The position numbers were made by a program, and so were the translations under genes. From Gammaproteobacteria bacterium (GTDB lineage: Bacteria > Pseudomonadota > Gammaproteobacteria > Steroidobacterales > Steroidobacteraceae): a stretch of DNA of 64,000 nucleotides. The notes under the pieces were generated by a model. The model worked only from the letters and a program-made list of their open reading frames with translations, was not told the origin of the DNA and searched no databases. Location of the stretch: assembly GCA_041690895.1 (NCBI GenBank), contig JBEPVT010000011.1, positions 26,983-90,982 of the forward strand. The letters run 5' to 3'. Below are positions 31,012 to 39,525 of this stretch, piece by piece. Every line of letters begins with the position of its first letter. Position 1 is the stretch's first letter.

Positions 31012-31629
31012 GTGGCACGTCGTTCGGTGATGACGCTATTCTCAGCACCCGCGGACCCGTGGAGCCACCGGACGCGCTTGGTTCTGGCTGAGAAAGGCAT
31101 CGCCATTGAATTGGTCAATGTCGATCCGCATGCGCTACCCGAGGACTTGATCGACCTCAATCCCTATCACAGCGTGCCGACGCTCGTGGATCGTGATTTG
31201 GTGCTGTATGACTCGCGGGTCATCATTGAATACTTGGACGAGCGCTTTCCGCATCCGCCCCTGATGCCCATCGACCCGGTGACCCGCGCACAGTTTCGGG
31301 TCGCGTTGTATCGGGTCGAGCGCGACTGGTATGCTCTGGCGCACGACATCGAGTTCGATCCGGCGAGCAAGACCGCGGAGCATAGCCGCAAGGTATTGGG
31401 CGAAGCGATTTGCGCCAGCGCGGAGGTATTCAAAGCCAAGCCGTTTTTCTTGAGTGATGAATTCTCCTTGGTAGACGCCAGCATCGCGCCGATTTTGTGG
31501 CGCCTGCGTGTCTACGGCATCGAGCTCCCGGCGCAGGCACAGCCGATCACGAAGTATATGAATGCGATCTTCGCGCGCTCTACCTTCCGCGCCTGTCTGA
31601 GCGCTGTGGAGAGGGAGATGCGTCATTGA
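31012..31629 (+). CDS. sspA: stringent starvation protein A (GST-like)
   Basis: MTLFSAPADPWSHRTRLVLAEKGI...LNPYHSVPTLVDRDLVLYDSRVIIEYLDERFPHPPLMP. GTG 31012 sits 8 nt after AGGAGG. Confidence 0.92.
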   Translation: MARRSVMTLFSAPADPWSHRTRLVLAEKGIAIELVNVDPHALPEDLIDLNPYHSVPTLVDRDLVLYDSRVIIEYLDERFPHPPLMPIDPVTRAQFRVALYRVERDWYALAHDIEFDPASKTAEHSRKVLGEAICASAEVFKAKPFFLSDEFSLVDASIAPILWRLRVYGIELPAQAQPITKYMNAIFARSTFRACLSAVEREMRH

Positions 31630-32033
31630 AACCACGGCGTCCCTACCTGCTGCGCGCATTGCACGAGTGGATATCCGACAGCGGCGAAACGCCGCACATC
31701 GTGGTGGATGCGGCGGCTGAAGGCGTCACGGTGCCACGCCAGTACGTGAAGGACGGCAAGATCGTGCTCAATGTCAGCTTTTCCGCGACCCAGATGCTGA
31801 AGCTCGGCAATGATTTCGTGAGCTTCGAGGCGCGATTCGGCGGCGTGGGTTTTGCCGTGCAAGTTCCGCTGCGCGCAATTCTGGGGATCTATGCCCGCGA
31901 GACCGGACAGGGCATGATTTTCCCGGAGGGCGATGCGGACCCCGATCCAAGCGCCAGCCCGCCGGTCGGCCCGAGCACCGGAAAGTCGGGCACCGTCGCT
32001 GCGAAGCGGCCGAAATTGCAGGTGGTGAAGTAA
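31626..32033 (+). CDS. sspB: ClpXP adaptor stringent starvation protein B
   Basis: KPRRPYLLRALHEWISDSGETPHIVV is the SspB signature. The only in-frame start near it is TTG 31626, which overlaps the sspA stop. The C-terminus KRPKLQVVK looks ClpX-tether-like. Confidence 0.85.
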   Translation: MKPRRPYLLRALHEWISDSGETPHIVVDAAAEGVTVPRQYVKDGKIVLNVSFSATQMLKLGNDFVSFEARFGGVGFAVQVPLRAILGIYARETGQGMIFPEGDADPDPSASPPVGPSTGKSGTVAAKRPKLQVVK

Positions 32034-32050
32034 CTCGCGCGGCGATTCGC

Positions 32051-32422
32051 TCAAGAGGCGCGAAAAGCGTCCTTGAGCCATTCGACCCGATGCGTCCTGT
32101 CCGGCAAGCCTTCGATCGCCAGCACGTCGAAACGCATGCAGAAATTCCTCCAATGGCTCTCGCGGCGCAGAAAAAATTGCGTGGCGCGAATGATCTTGCG
32201 CTGCTTGGCCCAGGTGACCGAGGCCAAGGCGCCGCCGTACGCTGAGCTTTCACGCTGGCGCACTTCAACAATGGCCAGTACGGTGTCATCGAGACAGACC
32301 AAGTCGAGCTCGCCGGCCTTGCAGCGCAGATTGCGCGCAAGAATTTTAATGCCGCGCACCTGCAGGTATTGTGCCGCAAGCTGTTCGGCTGCCGCCCCGC
32401 GCTGCGCGCGTACATCGTTCAT
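32051..32422 (-). CDS. yraN: YraN family (UPF0102) endonuclease-like protein
   Basis: GAAAEQLAAQYLQVRGIKILARNLRCKAGELDLVCLD...VLAIVEVRQR, 123 aa, downstream of lpoA. Confidence 0.88.
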   Translation of the reverse strand: MNDVRAQRGAAAEQLAAQYLQVRGIKILARNLRCKAGELDLVCLDDTVLAIVEVRQRESSAYGGALASVTWAKQRKIIRATQFFLRRESHWRNFCMRFDVLAIEGLPDRTHRVEWLKDAFRAS

Positions 32423-32559
32423 GCGCCATCATCGCGCAGACGGCGGCTGCTCCGCAGCCGCTAAATCTCGCGTATTCGTAGAAAATCAGAGCTTGACGAG
32501 CGTCAGGCCGCAGCGCGCCGCTTACGGCTGCGACAGCGACAAGTACCGCGGCTATTAAT

Positions 32560-34377
32560 TTACAACACACTTGGTGTCCCGGATTTTATCTGCGCCCAGT
32601 CGAGGTCGCGGCGAATCTTATTCTGCTGATCGAGGTGTAATTTTCCGGTCACGCCGGCGATCTCGTTCGAGGCAGCGGGATTGCTCGACCGCAACCCTGG
32701 CACCAAACGATACGCGTCGAATCCGAAGGCGTAAAGACGTCCGCGGCGCGCCGTTTGTGCCGGCCACGCGGCACGCACGCCGTCGCGGATCGGCGCGGTG
32801 GCCGGGTCGTTGGAAATCATCCAGGGCATGTCCGGAAACAGCATGCCCTCAATATCCGAATTGGCGCTGGGATCGGGCTCGAAGCTGTCGGAGGTGGAAT
32901 AGACGGGCACATCGCCAGAGTAGTTGTATTTCAGCTGCGGCAGGATGAGGCGCGCAGTGCCGGCGGTGCTCGCGGCCACGAAGATGAAGGCGGCATCGCT
33001 GCGATGGGTCGGCGGTTCGGGCTTCTCTCCCTTCTCGACCTTGGTGGCCTTTAATTGCATCACCGACTTGATGACGTCGGCGAAATCCACTTGCGCAGGA
33101 TCATAGCGCCCGCTATCGAGCACACTCCCGCCGAGGCTTTTCAGTTCCTCGGCAAATGCCGCCAAGACGCGCGTGCCCCATTCTCCCGAGGGCACGATTG
33201 CCACGCCGTTGAGTCGCGCGTCGGCGACCGCACGGCGCGCCACCATGCGCGCTTCGTCTTCAGGCAGGAGCGCAAATTGATAGAAGTTCCTCGGCGCCGA
33301 CACCGAGTCAGCCAGAAAATTCAACGCCAGCACCGGCGTGCGACCGCCGGTTAGCGGCGCAACGGCTGCGACCTCATCCTTGAATAACGGACCCACCACG
33401 AAGCCGGCGCCGTCGGCAACGGCGCGGTTATAGGCGCTGCTCACGGATTCGGCGGCCACGTCGTAAATCTTCAGGCGCGGCCGGCTCGCGGCATTCTGCT
33501 GCATGTATGCCGCGATAAAGCCGTCGCGTACCGCGATCCCATAGGGCTCGCTGCGCCCCGAGAGCGGCAGCAGCAGTGCGATCTGATTGGGATATTCGGT
33601 GGCCACGGCGATTTGCGTCTGCGCCGTTGCGAGCACACTCAAATTGGCGGGATGCTGTGGATACTGGCGTTTCCAGGCATCCAGCGCCGCCGCCGCGCGC
33701 GCCGGATTGCGTTCGACTTCCACGGCGACTGGCCCGAGTTCCAGCCAGCCCACGACGATGGGATCGCTCTTTGGGGGCGCCTTCATCGGCGCGCCACGCT
33801 CGGCGGCGGTGCGAACTCGGCTCAACAATTCGTCGCGATTTGCGCGCAGCGCAGCGGGATCGCTCAAATAACGCTCGCGTTCAACCAGCGCGCGTGTGCC
33901 CTCTACAGGATGACCGGTCAGAAATGCGCTGCGGCCGCGTATCCAATAGTAATTCTGCGCCTGATCGCCGGCGGTCGGCACCGCAACTTGATCGAGCTCG
34001 CGAATGGCGCGGGCAGGATCATTTTCCGCGTAGGCAATTTCGGCGGCAACCAGCGCGCGCGGCGTCGCGAGTTTGGTGCGCGCTTCAGGGGATACCTGGG
34101 CCAGAGCCTGTTTGGCTGCGGCAACATTTCCCGCCGCAACCCACTGCTCTGCGCTCAATAATTCATAGTTGTCGCCCCCGGCGGGCAACTGCAGCGCCAG
34201 ATCCGCGTACACCTTCGCGGCCTCGGCGTGCTTGCCGTCATGTGCCAAGCGCGCGGCATGCTCTTGCTTGTCCACTACGGTTTCTGTGGTCTTGACCAGG
34301 CTGCAGGCAGCCGCAATCAGTGACGCTGCGATGAGCGCAAATTGCGTCAGCCGTGGACGCCGTGATATCGCTGCCAT
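32560..34377 (-). CDS. lpoA: penicillin-binding protein activator LpoA (LppC family lipoprotein)
   Basis: Lipobox LIAAAC|S, TPR-like N-domain, periplasmic-binding-protein-like C-domain, 605 aa, divergent from rsmI. Confidence 0.88.
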   Translation of the reverse strand: MAAISRRPRLTQFALIAASLIAAACSLVKTTETVVDKQEHAARLAHDGKHAEAAKVYADLALQLPAGGDNYELLSAEQWVAAGNVAAAKQALAQVSPEARTKLATPRALVAAEIAYAENDPARAIRELDQVAVPTAGDQAQNYYWIRGRSAFLTGHPVEGTRALVERERYLSDPAALRANRDELLSRVRTAAERGAPMKAPPKSDPIVVGWLELGPVAVEVERNPARAAAALDAWKRQYPQHPANLSVLATAQTQIAVATEYPNQIALLLPLSGRSEPYGIAVRDGFIAAYMQQNAASRPRLKIYDVAAESVSSAYNRAVADGAGFVVGPLFKDEVAAVAPLTGGRTPVLALNFLADSVSAPRNFYQFALLPEDEARMVARRAVADARLNGVAIVPSGEWGTRVLAAFAEELKSLGGSVLDSGRYDPAQVDFADVIKSVMQLKATKVEKGEKPEPPTHRSDAAFIFVAASTAGTARLILPQLKYNYSGDVPVYSTSDSFEPDPSANSDIEGMLFPDMPWMISNDPATAPIRDGVRAAWPAQTARRGRLYAFGFDAYRLVPGLRSSNPAASNEIAGVTGKLHLDQQNKIRRDLDWAQIKSGTPSVL

Positions 34378-34417
34378 ACCCTTCCACTCCTAATCTTCGA
34401 ATACAGGCGCGATTATA

Positions 34418-35290
34418 GTGACAAACGGGGGAACAGGGCTGCCGGCGGCAGGAACGCTCTACGTAGTCGCCACGCCCATCGGCAATTTGAGCGATTTAAG
34501 TCCTCGTGCATGCGCCACTTTAAAATCTTGCGATCTGATTGCAGCAGAGGACACGCGCCACACGGGAATGCTGCTGAAGCATTTTCAAATCAGCACGCCG
34601 CAGCTCTCGTTGCATGATCACAATGAAGGCGTACGCGCGATTGAAATAATTGCACTATTGCGAGCGGGCAAGTCGGTTGCGCTGGTAAGCGATGCTGGCA
34701 CGCCCGCTATCAGCGATCCGGGGTTTGAACTGGTGCGTGCAGTCGCGGACACGGGAATCAACATCGTGACGATTCCCGGGCCCTGCGCAGCGATCGCGGC
34801 GCTGTCGATCGGCGCATTGCCCACCGACCGATTTTGTTTCGAAGGATTTCTGCCGGCGCGCGCTGCGGCTCGCTTAAGAAGACTGAAGTCGCTCGAACAA
34901 GAGCCGCGCACACTGGTCATGTATGAATCGCCGCACCGTGTGCGCGAAACGCTGGAGGATTGCGTGACGGCGTTTGGCGAAGCGCGCCGCGGTACGGTGG
35001 TGCGTGAAGCGACCAAGCTGCACGAAACGACGTACCGTGGCTCGCTGCTCGAACTGTTAGATAGAGCCAGAACAGATACGGATTTCTCGCGCGGCGAGAT
35101 TGTTTTGCTCATCGGCGGCACGCTGCCTCCTGATTCCGACGCGCAGGATTCCGAGGCGAAGGCCGAGTTGGACAAAGTGCTGATTGCGCTGCTGGCTGAA
35201 TTGCCCCTGAAGCAAGCGGCTCGCCTTGCGGCACAGATCACCGGTGCCCGCGACAACGAGGCCTATAAGCGCGCGCTGCAGCTGAAATAG
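34418..35290 (+). CDS. rsmI: 16S rRNA (cytidine1402-2'-O)-methyltransferase
   Basis: GTLYVVATPIGNLSDLSPRA...EDTRHTG...SDAGTPAISDPG tetrapyrrole-methylase-fold motifs. GTG start. Confidence 0.93.
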   Translation: MTNGGTGLPAAGTLYVVATPIGNLSDLSPRACATLKSCDLIAAEDTRHTGMLLKHFQISTPQLSLHDHNEGVRAIEIIALLRAGKSVALVSDAGTPAISDPGFELVRAVADTGINIVTIPGPCAAIAALSIGALPTDRFCFEGFLPARAAARLRRLKSLEQEPRTLVMYESPHRVRETLEDCVTAFGEARRGTVVREATKLHETTYRGSLLELLDRARTDTDFSRGEIVLLIGGTLPPDSDAQDSEAKAELDKVLIALLAELPLKQAARLAAQITGARDNEAYKRALQLK

Positions 35291-35305
35291 CGTATCGTGC
35301 ACACC

Positions 35306-35670
35306 GAGTCGGCCAGACAGTCGCTGTGTGCTTTGGCACATGGAGGAAAGTCCGGGCTCCGCAGGACACGGTGCCAGGTAACGCCTGGGAGGCGCGAGCC
35401 TACGGAAAGTGCAACAGAAAGATACCGCCTAAGTGCCGCGCAAGCGGCGCCGGTAAGGGTGAAATGGTGCGGTAAGAGCGCACCGCGCGGGTGGCAACAC
35501 CAACGGCACGGCAAACCCCACCAGGAGCAAGACCAAATAGGGAAGCGGGCGGCTTAATCGCCGCTACATGTGGTCCACATGGGCTTCCGGGTAGGTCGCT
35601 GGAGCTGCGCGGTGACGCGTATGCCAGAGGAATGACTGTCCAAGACAGAACCCGGCTTATCGGCCGACTC
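35306..35670 (+). ncRNA. rnpB: RNase P RNA, bacterial type A
   Basis: P1 pairing GAGUCGGCC...GGCCGACUC. Universal blocks GGAGGAAAGUCCGGGCUCC, GGUGCCAGGUAACGCCUGG, AGUGCAACAGAAAG, GGUAAGGGUGAAA, GUGCGGUAAGAGCGCACC and ACAGAACCCGGCUUAUCGG. About 365 nt; ends are accurate to a few nt. Confidence 0.97.
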
Positions 35671-35677
35671 TTTTTTA

Positions 35678-35718
35678 GGCGCTTGCGCGCCACATTTCAC
35701 GGGGCCGAAGCGGCCTCG
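35678..35718 (+). terminator. two-hairpin element directly after rnpB (copy 1); first hairpin is a plausible rnpB terminator
   Basis: GGCGC-TTGC-GCGCC (35678-35691) followed by ACATTTC, then CGGGGCC-GAAGC-GGCCTCG (35700-35718). It is preceded by the T6 run at 35671-35676. Confidence 0.45.
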
Positions 35719-35762
35719 CCCCAAGAGGATTGTTGGTAAAGGCAAAGGATACGGCCAACATC

Positions 35763-35802
35763 GGCGCTTGCACGCCACATTTCCCGGGGTCGAAGCGGCC
35801 CC
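35763..35802 (+). repeat. second copy of the two-hairpin element (85-bp period)
   Basis: 35763-35800 matches 35678-35715 at 35 of 38 positions. The second hairpin GGGGTC-GAAGC-GGCCCC is retained. Confidence 0.7.
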
Positions 35803-35995
35803 TCCTCGGAAGACCGCTAGTTAAGAGCAAGGTCGGCGACGTTCGACGATTTTAACTTCAATCGAAACTTGTAGGACTTTGTAGGAAAATCTCATAAGAG
35901 GTTGATTCCTTTCGGCGCTGTAATCGCTACCTATCACATAATCCCAAAATGTGACCTAAGTCACTGTCGGCACGGGTTTTTTTTACCATAAGGCG

Positions 35996-36025
35996 TTGAC
36001 AGTGCTCTCTCTCGCTCCCTATAGT
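35996..36025 (+). promoter_or_regulatory. Pmra-like sigma-70 promoter of the dcw cluster (TTGACA-18-TATAGT)
   Basis: Consensus -35 at 35996-36001 and TATAGT at 36020-36025. A T8 tract at 35977-35984 could act as an UP-like element. It lies 53 nt before the mraZ ATG. Confidence 0.7.
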
Positions 36026-36058
36026 GGAGCCCGGTGGGAAATTGTGGGAGAAAATGGG
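36024..36058 (+). promoter_or_regulatory. MraZ operator-like array: four (G/A)TGG(G/A) direct repeats with exact 10-bp period
   Basis: GTGGA 36024, GTGGG 36034, GTGGG 36044, ATGGG 36054. The array overlaps the -10 hexamer and the early transcribed region. Confidence 0.65.
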
Positions 36059-36077
36059 TTTCGCGACCCATAAAAGT

Positions 36078-36530
36078 ATGTTCCGGGGTGCCAACAAACT
36101 AACGCTCGACGTCAAAGGCCGGCTGGTGATGCCCACTCGCTACCGGGAGCGGCTGCAGGAGCGCTGTGGAGGCAATTTGGTCATTACCGTGGATAAGGAT
36201 CAGTGCCTGCTGATCTACCCCCTCCCGGACTGGGAGGACGTGGAGCGGAAGCTCAACAAATTGCCCACCTTGAACCCCCAGGTGAGGCGGTTGCAGCGCT
36301 TGATGATCGGCCATGCCACGGATCTGGAACTGGACTCGCACGGGCGGATCTTGCTGCCCCCGAATTTGCGCGAGTTCGGCGGTTTGACGCGCGATGCCAT
36401 GTTGATCGGGCAGGGGATGCGATTCGAATTGTGGGATGAGGCGCGCTGGAACGAGCGGCGCGACGAATGGTTGGCGAGTCCGGAGAGCACCACCGACTTG
36501 CCGACTGAACTTGACACGTTGTCGTTCTAA
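36078..36530 (+). CDS. mraZ: division/cell wall cluster transcriptional repressor MraZ
   Basis: MFRGANKLTLDVKGRLVMPTRYRERL and a second SpoVT-AbrB repeat DSHGRILLP. ATG at 36078. Confidence 0.95.
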   Translation: MFRGANKLTLDVKGRLVMPTRYRERLQERCGGNLVITVDKDQCLLIYPLPDWEDVERKLNKLPTLNPQVRRLQRLMIGHATDLELDSHGRILLPPNLREFGGLTRDAMLIGQGMRFELWDEARWNERRDEWLASPESTTDLPTELDTLSF

Positions 36531-36542
36531 CCGGTCGGTGCG

Positions 36543-37505
36543 GTGCAAGAGATTGCGGGGGTTCACACGGCGGTCCTGTTACCCCAGGTACTGGCGGCGT
36601 TGAACATTCAGGTCGGTGGCACATACATGGACGCCACTTTTGGCCGTGGTGGACATGCAGGGGCGATTTTGCAGAAGCTCATCGCGAATGGCCGACTGAT
36701 CTGTCTCGATCGGGATCCCGAAGCCGTCGCGGCGGCCCGTGTCCGCTTCTCAACGGATCCGCGCTTCTCGATTTTTCTCGCGCCATTCTCGTCGCTTGCC
36801 GCGATTGCCGATCAGGTGCAACCGGGACTCAAGCTCGACGGCATTCTTTTCGACCTCGGTGTCTCCTCCCCGCAGCTCGACGACGCTCGACGCGGCTTCA
36901 GCTTCATGCAGGATGGCCCGCTTGACATGCGCATGACAGCAGGCGAGGGGATGAGTGCTGCGGACGTGGTCAACGGCGCGCCGCTCGACGAGCTGATCCG
37001 CATATTTCGCGAGTTCGGCGAAGAACGCCAGGCGCCGCGCATCGCGCGCGCCATCGTCGCCGATCGTGAGACCAGGCCTTTCGAGCGCACGCTCGAGCTT
37101 GCCGAGATGATTGCACGCGTTGCCCGCAGCACCGAGGCGGCTGGCCGGCACAAACATCCCGCGACGCGCGTTTTCCAAGCGCTGCGTATTTATGTCAATG
37201 GTGAGCTCAAGCAGCTCGAGACCGCGCTCGACAGCGCGCTCAACAAGCTGGCGCCGAACGGCAGGCTTGCCGTGATCAGCTTTCACTCGCTCGAAGATCG
37301 CATGGTGAAGCAATTCATGCGCCGCCACTCGCTCGCTGATCCGATGTATGCCGGCCTGCCCGATATCCCGATGCACGCGCGGCCCAAGCTGCGCCTGGTC
37401 GGCAAGCGCATTGAAGCCGACGACAACGAAATCTCCCTCAATCCCCGCTCGCGCAGCGCTCGTCTGCGCGTCGCCGAACGCCTCGAGCAAGGAATTGCCG
37501 CTTGA
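36543..37505 (+). CDS. rsmH: 16S rRNA (cytosine1402-N4)-methyltransferase
   Basis: HTAVLLPQVL...YMDATFGRGGHA...FDLGVSSPQLD...ISFHSLEDR. GTG start. Confidence 0.95.
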   Translation: MQEIAGVHTAVLLPQVLAALNIQVGGTYMDATFGRGGHAGAILQKLIANGRLICLDRDPEAVAAARVRFSTDPRFSIFLAPFSSLAAIADQVQPGLKLDGILFDLGVSSPQLDDARRGFSFMQDGPLDMRMTAGEGMSAADVVNGAPLDELIRIFREFGEERQAPRIARAIVADRETRPFERTLELAEMIARVARSTEAAGRHKHPATRVFQALRIYVNGELKQLETALDSALNKLAPNGRLAVISFHSLEDRMVKQFMRRHSLADPMYAGLPDIPMHARPKLRLVGKRIEADDNEISLNPRSRSARLRVAERLEQGIAA

Positions 37506-37780
37506 AATATCGTCGTTTGTTGCCGCTCACTTTGCCGTTGCTGTGGCTGGCCGTGTTGGGATCTGCCGTGCAAGTGATATACGAGCGTCACCAAGCGCGC
37601 GCCATGTTCGTGCAGCTGGAGAAACTCAACTCCGAACGCGACTCGCTCGACATGGAGTGGGGACGCCTGCAGCTCGAGCAAAGTTATTGGTCATCGCACG
37701 CATTCGTCGAGCGTGTGGCCAACGCTAAGTTGCAAATGAACCTGCCGCAGACCCGCGATGTGCGGATCGTCCGACCGTGA
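37502..37780 (+). CDS. ftsL: cell division protein FtsL
   Basis: 92 aa, single TM then coiled coil (LEKLNSERDSLDMEWGRLQLEQS). TTGA overlap with rsmH. Confidence 0.88.
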   Translation: MKYRRLLPLTLPLLWLAVLGSAVQVIYERHQARAMFVQLEKLNSERDSLDMEWGRLQLEQSYWSSHAFVERVANAKLQMNLPQTRDVRIVRP

Positions 37781-39525
37781 AGTTGCGCTCCGGCGAAAAC
37801 GACGCGCAGGCGAAATCCTATCGCTGGCGCTCCGCGGTGGTATTGGGCCTCATGGTGCTCGGCGCAATCGGCTTGGCAGCGCGAGCGGTCGAACTACAGC
37901 TGGTCGATCATGGATTTCTCTCCAAGCAGGGCGACGCTCGCTCGATGCGCGTGGTCAAAATTGCGGCGCATCGCGGCGCCATCACCGATCGCAATGGCGA
38001 GCCGCTGGCGGTCAGCACGCCGGTGGACAGCATCTGGGTCAATCCGCAGGAACTCGACGAAAACATCGATCAATTGCCGAAGCTCGCGCGCGCGCTCAAG
38101 GAAGACCAGCAGACCCTCGCGCGGCGCATCACCAGCAATCTCGACCGTGAGTTTTTGTACTTGGTGCGCCACATGCCTCCCGAGCAGGCCGCGCGCATCA
38201 AGGCGTTGGGCATTCCCGGCGTGTACCTGCTGCGCGAATACCGCCGCTACTACCCAGGCGGCGAAGTATCGGGGCATGTGCTCGGATTCACCACGGTTGA
38301 TGACAAAGGCCAGGAGGGATTGGAACTTGGCTTCGACCAATTGTTGAACGGCGAGGACGGCGCAAAACGCGTCATCCAAGATTCATACGGACGCTACGTG
38401 GAAAATGTCGAGAGCATCCGCGCGCCGCGTCCGGGCCGCGATCTCATCACCAGCATCGATCTGCGCATTCAGTATCTGGCATATCGTGAGCTCAAAGCCG
38501 CGATGCAGGAATATCGCGCGCACGCCGGCTCAGTGATTGTCATCGATGTCGACACCGGCGAAGTGCTGGCGATGGTGAATCAACCCTCGTACAACCCGAA
38601 CGATCGCGAGCAATTGAAAGCGGGGCTGTACCGCAATCGCGCCGCCACCGACATTTTCGAGCCCGGCTCCAGCATCAAGCCCTTCATCATGGCCGCGGCA
38701 CTGGCCTCCGGCCAATACCGTCCCGACAGCGTGGTCGATACCTCGCCGGGTTTCTTGAAGGTCGGCAACAAGGTGTTCGAGGACGAGCACAACTTGGGCG
38801 CCATCGATCTGGCAACGATTCTCGCGAAGTCGAGCAACGTGGGCACGGCGAAAGTGGCGTTGTCGCTGCAGCCTGAGCAAATCTGGAGCACCTTGACCGG
38901 CTTAGGGCTAGGCCAGGTCACAGGCAGCAATTTCCCAGGCGAGTCCGCGGGCATGCTGAGCAACTACGCCCACTGGCGGCCCATCGGCATCGCCACCCTA
39001 TCGCATGGCTATGGTCTGTCGGTGACGCCGTTGCAGCTGGCACATGCCTACGCGACCATCGGGGCGGGCGGCATCAAACGGCCCATCACGTTTGAAAAAA
39101 TCTCCGGTCCGGTTGCCGGCGAGCGGGTCATGGACCCGAAGGTGGCGCGCGAGCTGATTCAATTGATGAGTCAGGTGGTGGAGAAGGGCGGCACCGCGAC
39201 CCGCGCCTCGCTCATCGGCTATCGGGTATCGGGTAAAACCGGTACCGCGTTCAAATCGATAGCGGGCGGCTATTCCACCGACCGAATCATGGCGGTATTT
39301 GCCGGGTTGGTGCCCGCATCGCATCCCAAGCTTGCCACAGTTGTGGTGATAGATGAGCCAAGTCGGGATTTGCATGAGGTGGGTATTTTGGCTCAGGGCG
39401 GTACAGTGGCGGCGCCGGTATTCGCCAGCGTCATGTCGGGCGCTCTGCGCCTGATGGACATTGCGCCGGATGATTTGCAGAACGTGCCGGCGGCGACGCT
39501 GGTGCAGGCGAATGAGCCACAATGA
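37777..39525 (+). CDS. ftsI: peptidoglycan D,D-transpeptidase FtsI (PBP3)
   Basis: TM anchor, PBP dimerisation domain, and transpeptidase motifs (STIKP-type SSIKP, SSN, KTGT). GTGA overlap with ftsL. Confidence 0.95.
   Translation: MKLRSGENDAQAKSYRWRSAVVLGLMVLGAIGLAARAVELQLVDHGFLSKQGDARSMRVVKIAAHRGAITDRNGEPLAVSTPVDSIWVNPQELDENIDQLPKLARALKEDQQTLARRITSNLDREFLYLVRHMPPEQAARIKALGIPGVYLLREYRRYYPGGEVSGHVLGFTTVDDKGQEGLELGFDQLLNGEDGAKRVIQDSYGRYVENVESIRAPRPGRDLITSIDLRIQYLAYRELKAAMQEYRAHAGSVIVIDVDTGEVLAMVNQPSYNPNDREQLKAGLYRNRAATDIFEPGSSIKPFIMAAALASGQYRPDSVVDTSPGFLKVGNKVFEDEHNLGAIDLATILAKSSNVGTAKVALSLQPEQIWSTLTGLGLGQVTGSNFPGESAGMLSNYAHWRPIGIATLSHGYGLSVTPLQLAHAYATIGAGGIKRPITFEKISGPVAGERVMDPKVARELIQLMSQVVEKGGTATRASLIGYRVSGKTGTAFKSIAGGYSTDRIMAVFAGLVPASHPKLATVVVIDEPSRDLHEVGILAQGGTVAAPVFASVMSGALRLMDIAPDDLQNVPAATLVQANEPQ

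Noticed and set aside
35263-35693. Three 83-97-aa ORFs (35263-35514 minus, 35297-35557 plus, 35400-35693 minus).
   Set aside because: They lie across the RNase P RNA gene. The region is explained by rnpB with all universal conserved blocks present.
35927-36136. 69-aa minus-strand ORF spanning the Pmra promoter and the mraZ start.
   Set aside because: It overlaps a consensus promoter, the operator array and the mraZ 5' end. It has no RBS and no recognisable fold, so it is most likely non-coding.
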